Translations under genes and position numbers: made by a program
Source: a bacterium
Lineage (GTDB): Bacteria > UBA8248 > JACPRG01 > G963555815
DNA length: 64,000 nucleotides
Assembly: GCA_965261595.1 (NCBI GenBank)
Contig: CBDHDG010000006.1
Span: forward strand, 384,001-448,000
Direction of reading: 5' to 3'
Notes under the pieces: generated by a model
Database searches by the model: none
Told to the model about the DNA's origin: nothing
The model's input: the letters and a program-made list of their open reading frames with translations, nothing else
In this document: one piece after another, positions 60,474 to 64,000 of the stretch
Numbering within the stretch: the stretch's first letter is position 1
Layout: every line of letters starts with the position of its first letter

Positions 60474-61151
60474 ATGGACATTTTGCGTCGGGACGACATT
60501 CCGATGGGGGGGGTCGAAGGGGTGCGGGAGCATCGCATGGTCATGGACCCGAGGGTTTTCGGAAGCCACGCCAACCCCGGCACGTGGTCCGGCATCGGCC
60601 ATTTCGTCTATCTGTCCGACGCCCGCTTTGTGCCGCGGGGCGAAACCAAGATGCACAACCACGAGGAGCTCGACGTGATCTCCGTGATGGTGGAAGGACG
60701 CATCACGCACGCGGGCTCTCTCGATCATGGCCAGGAAGTCTCGGCCAACGAGGTTCAGGTGCAGCGCGGCGGCGGCGAGAGCTTCTCGCACAACGAGATC
60801 AATCCCGATGACACCGGGAACCGGATGATCCAGATCTGGGCGCTCCCCGCAGAACCGGGAGAGCCCGCGGGCTACAAGCATTACCAACTGGAAAAAGGCG
60901 TCCAGACGCCCGTCTACGGCGGCGAGTCCGGCCAGGACGAAACGTTCCCCGGCCGCACACGGATCGACGTCGGCCTGCTCGGGCCCGGCCAAAGCATCAC
61001 GGTGGACGGACCGGTCGTCGCCTACCTGACCCGGGGAAAGGGCAACGCCAACGGAGAACCCGTTTCCGAGGGCGACCTGCTTCGAGACGACCGACTGAGC
61101 TTTGACGCCCTTGAAGACGCGCTCCTGATCGTCATACACACCCCGCAATAA
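60474..61151 (+). CDS. Pirin family protein
   Basis: H-H-E-D-IS---EG-I-H, SHNE-NP, IQIW. Confidence 0.85.
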   Translation: MDILRRDDIPMGGVEGVREHRMVMDPRVFGSHANPGTWSGIGHFVYLSDARFVPRGETKMHNHEELDVISVMVEGRITHAGSLDHGQEVSANEVQVQRGGGESFSHNEINPDDTGNRMIQIWALPAEPGEPAGYKHYQLEKGVQTPVYGGESGQDETFPGRTRIDVGLLGPGQSITVDGPVVAYLTRGKGNANGEPVSEGDLLRDDRLSFDALEDALLIVIHTPQ

Positions 61152-61220
61152 CCGCGCCGGCCGTTCGGCCGCAAGTCAAGGTCGGGCCGAGACCGGGGGG
61201 AAGAGGAAGGGGGGACCGAA

Positions 61221-61460
61221 CTAGAGCTTCAGAAGCGTTTTGGCGTTCCCACAAAAAAGCGTCTCCCGCTCTTCGTCCGTCGCGTCGACGGCTTCGAGGC
61301 GCCGAATCGTCTCGCGGATATACATCGGTCCGCCTTCGGGATCGAACGGGCAGTCGGAGGCGAACAGGCACTTGTCGACGCCGAAAAAGTCGAGCCCGCA
61401 CCGGGTCGCCCCCAACGATCCGAAAGTGGCCGTGTCGGCATAGAACATCCTGAAGTAGCG
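61221..61460 (-). pseudogene. C-terminal fragment of an Amidohydro_2 family protein
   Basis: YFRMFYADTA, FG-D--LFASD-PF, GNA--LL-L; no N-terminal part upstream. Confidence 0.75.
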
Positions 61461-61559
61461 CCCCGCGCGCCCCGCGCTACACCACTATTCAATCCGGCAA
61501 CTCCGTGAATCACAGGGTGTCCAGGCCGGGTCATCTCTTCTCTTTGTGCGAAATGCAGA

Positions 61560-62465
61560 CTAGCGCGGAACTTCCCCCGACAGCCCCAGCTTCTTCGCAC
61601 ACCCGCGGGCGTCTTCCCAGATGGCGTCCTCGATGGGGATCCCGTCCCGGAGCCTTTCTTCCCGCGTCCGGTAGGCCCGGTCCCCGGGCAGGAGGATCTC
61701 CTCCACGCCGGATGCGGCGGGCGAATTTCGGACGGCCCGCGAGAACGCATCCACTCCCTCGATGAACGCGTCCAAAGGACCGAACAGCTCCGGGTCGATG
61801 ACCAGGAAGAAGTCTCCCTTGTCCCGGATGCCGGCGGGGAAGAGCGAGGGGTCGAACCCGGTCTTCGGGCGCACGCCGACGAGCGGCCCCGTCAACAGGC
61901 TCAGAACGAAGGCGATGCCCGACCCCTTGTGGCCGCCGAATGGGCTGAGGACGCCGGCCAGGGCCGCCTCCGGATCGGTGGTGGGGTTTCCCTCCGCGTC
62001 CAGCGCCCACCCCTCGGGAATGGGCTCGCCCCTTTTCTTCGCGGTGTGGATCTTTCCCCGCGCCGCCTCGCTGGTCGCCATGTCCAGGACAACAGGGTGC
62101 CGCTTTCCGGGAACGCTGACGCAAAGAGGAGCGGTGCCGAACACGGCGGCGCGGCCGCCCCATGGATGAACCACGGGGGGGGTGCCGCTCGTGATGATCG
62201 AGATCAGGCCCTCCGTCGCCGTCGATCAGACCTCCCGTCGGACGGTCCCGGACGGTCCGGATCCGGGGGTCCGGGTTCACGACGCCCTGTTGGACGCCCT
62301 GAATCAGGCCGGCGAGACGGATGAGGCCATGCGAGGCATGCCCCCGCAGGTCGGCCTCGACCATCTGCTCGGCCGCCGGATCGGCCGTGTCGGGCCGCAC
62401 ACCCGTCGCCCGGAGGCATTCGGTCAGGAAGCGGAATTCTTCATCGCGCGTGAGGAGCAAGGGTC
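61560..62465 (-). pseudogene. Ldh_2 (malate/L-lactate DH type 2) oxidoreductase with internal deletion and frameshift near 62205
   Basis: ADLRG-SHG in one frame; PWGG---FGT-P, LDMATS, GGHKGSG and LPG in another; the central RNS-H-G segment is missing. Confidence 0.8.
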
Positions 62466-62876
62466 TGTCCCGCTGTGTTCGGGGCAATCGCGGCGGCCAC
62501 GAACTCGGGGGGGTGGGGGGAGGGGGGGGAAGCGGCCTGAGGACCAAGATGCCAGAGAGCGGCCGGCCGTGCAAGGTCGCGCGGGAAGGCGGGATTCATC
62601 GCCCCTCTCCCTCCCCCCCCGGGTGAAGCCGTTCGGGTTTGAGGAGTCCGGGGATCGCGGCCACCCTTTACCTCCTCTCCGGCGGCGGTTATCCTGGCTT
62701 TTCTCCTGTGCGAGACGCCGGATGATTCTCCGGGTCCATCCCGATTGCGTCCCGGCGGAACGGCCCGGAAGTGAATCGCCCCGCGCAACCCGATACGCGC
62801 GGGTGAGCAACGCATGCATTCGCAAAATGGGGTCCAACCGCGGATCGCTCACGAAGGAAAAACCCGGAGAGAACAC

Positions 62877-64000
62877 ATGCCCTCCGCATCACGAGACGAA
62901 GAGCGGATTCTCCAGGAAATCGACCGAAGCGAGGTGGCCGATCTCGCGGTCTCCCTGGGGAACATCGCAAGCCCCTCGGGCGATGAGATCGAGATGGCCG
63001 ACTACCTCGAGACCTGGCTGAAGGACGCCGGTCTTGCCCCCTTCCGGCAGCACGCCGCCCCGGGCCGCGACAACGTGATCGCCGTCCTCAACGGGAGCGG
63101 AGGGGGGGGAGAGGGGGGAGGGGGGCGAAGCCTCCTGTTCAACAGCTACATGGATACGCAGGTCCCGGACCCCTTCGACCCCGGACTCCCGGCGGAGGGG
63201 CAGGGCCTCGAGAAACGCGCCTGGCTCGAGGACGGCAAGGTCTTCGGCATCGGCGTGGTGAACGACAAGGGCCCGATGGCCGCCTTCCTGGTCGCGGCGA
63301 CGCCGCTGCGAAAGAGCGGGATCAAGCTTCGGGGCGACGTGATCCTGACCATGGTGGTCGGAGAGATCGGGACGGCCCCGGTGGACGAATTTCAGGGCCC
63401 CCGGTACCTCGGAAACGGATTCGGCTCGAAACACCTCGTGGACCAGGGCGTCCGGGCGGATTTCTCCCTGGTGGCCGAGGCGACCCATTTCGGCGTCACG
63501 TGGGCCGAAGCGGGCGTGCTCTACGTCAAGCTCACCGTTCGGGGAGAGCGGCGATACGCCCCGTTCGTGGACAACGCCCCCCCGCCCCGGGACAGCGCCC
63601 ACTCCGTCCTGAAGGCCGCCGACCTCATCCGGGGAATCCAGGAATGGGCGGTGGAGTATGAGGAGAAAAATAGCATCGATCTGGCGTGCGGAAGGATGGT
63701 TCCGAAGGTCAACATCGGGGCCGTCCGGGCGGGGCGTCCGTACGATCCCTCGTGCAGCCCTCCGGCCTGCCATCTTTACGTGGACATCCGATTGACGCCC
63801 GACGGCGACCCCGCACAGGTCGTGGAAGAGCTGGAGACGGTCAGCCGCAAGCGCGGGACGCCCGCCGAGGCGCACGTCTTCCTGCACGAACCCGGCTCCG
63901 TGGCCACGAACATCGAGCCCCTCCGGGACGCCCTCGAATCGGCCCACGGACGCATCCTCGGAAAGAAGCTCGAAGGCGTGGCCCCGCCCGAGACGAGCAT
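62877..64000 (+). CDS. M20 (ArgE/DapE-like) metallohydrolase, runs off the window end
   Basis: ATG 62877 open frame: SP-GDE, NV-A, SLLFNSYMDT, G-GVVNDKG, VVGEIG, VAEAT. Confidence 0.85.
   Translation, partial: MPSASRDEERILQEIDRSEVADLAVSLGNIASPSGDEIEMADYLETWLKDAGLAPFRQHAAPGRDNVIAVLNGSGGGGEGGGGRSLLFNSYMDTQVPDPFDPGLPAEGQGLEKRAWLEDGKVFGIGVVNDKGPMAAFLVAATPLRKSGIKLRGDVILTMVVGEIGTAPVDEFQGPRYLGNGFGSKHLVDQGVRADFSLVAEATHFGVTWAEAGVLYVKLTVRGERRYAPFVDNAPPPRDSAHSVLKAADLIRGIQEWAVEYEEKNSIDLACGRMVPKVNIGAVRAGRPYDPSCSPPACHLYVDIRLTPDGDPAQVVEELETVSRKRGTPAEAHVFLHEPGSVATNIEPLRDALESAHGRILGKKLEGVAPPETS

Overview
High-GC bacterial chromosome segment, mostly housekeeping and catabolic genes. The order is: folC-folP-folE2-panE-epmA-like, an M28 peptidase, acpS, a two-component system with a Met-rich secreted protein and msrP, a radical SAM protein, flgM-like, csp, hflKC, gatAB, polA and aroF. 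These are followed by a scattered N-heterocycle/amide catabolism set, two IS3-family elements, a cobalamin riboswitch with a truncated uptake operon, and tRNA-Leu(CAA). Main observations: (1) a ~3.5 kb lower-GC, integrase-less island in the tRNA-Leu 3' end carries a coupled three-gene cassette (TIGR04255-like, unknown, ART/RES-like), a candidate undescribed toxin/defence system; (2) an unannotated Phe/Tyr-rich leader peptide with a five-segment attenuator precedes aroF; (3) a ~230-280 bp structured intergenic element occurs twice with covarying stems; (4) an EpmA-like enzyme retains a LysRS-type N-terminal OB domain. Several single-base frameshifts fall in short homopolymers and are probably sequencing errors. 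All family calls come from motif recognition by eye; no searches were run.
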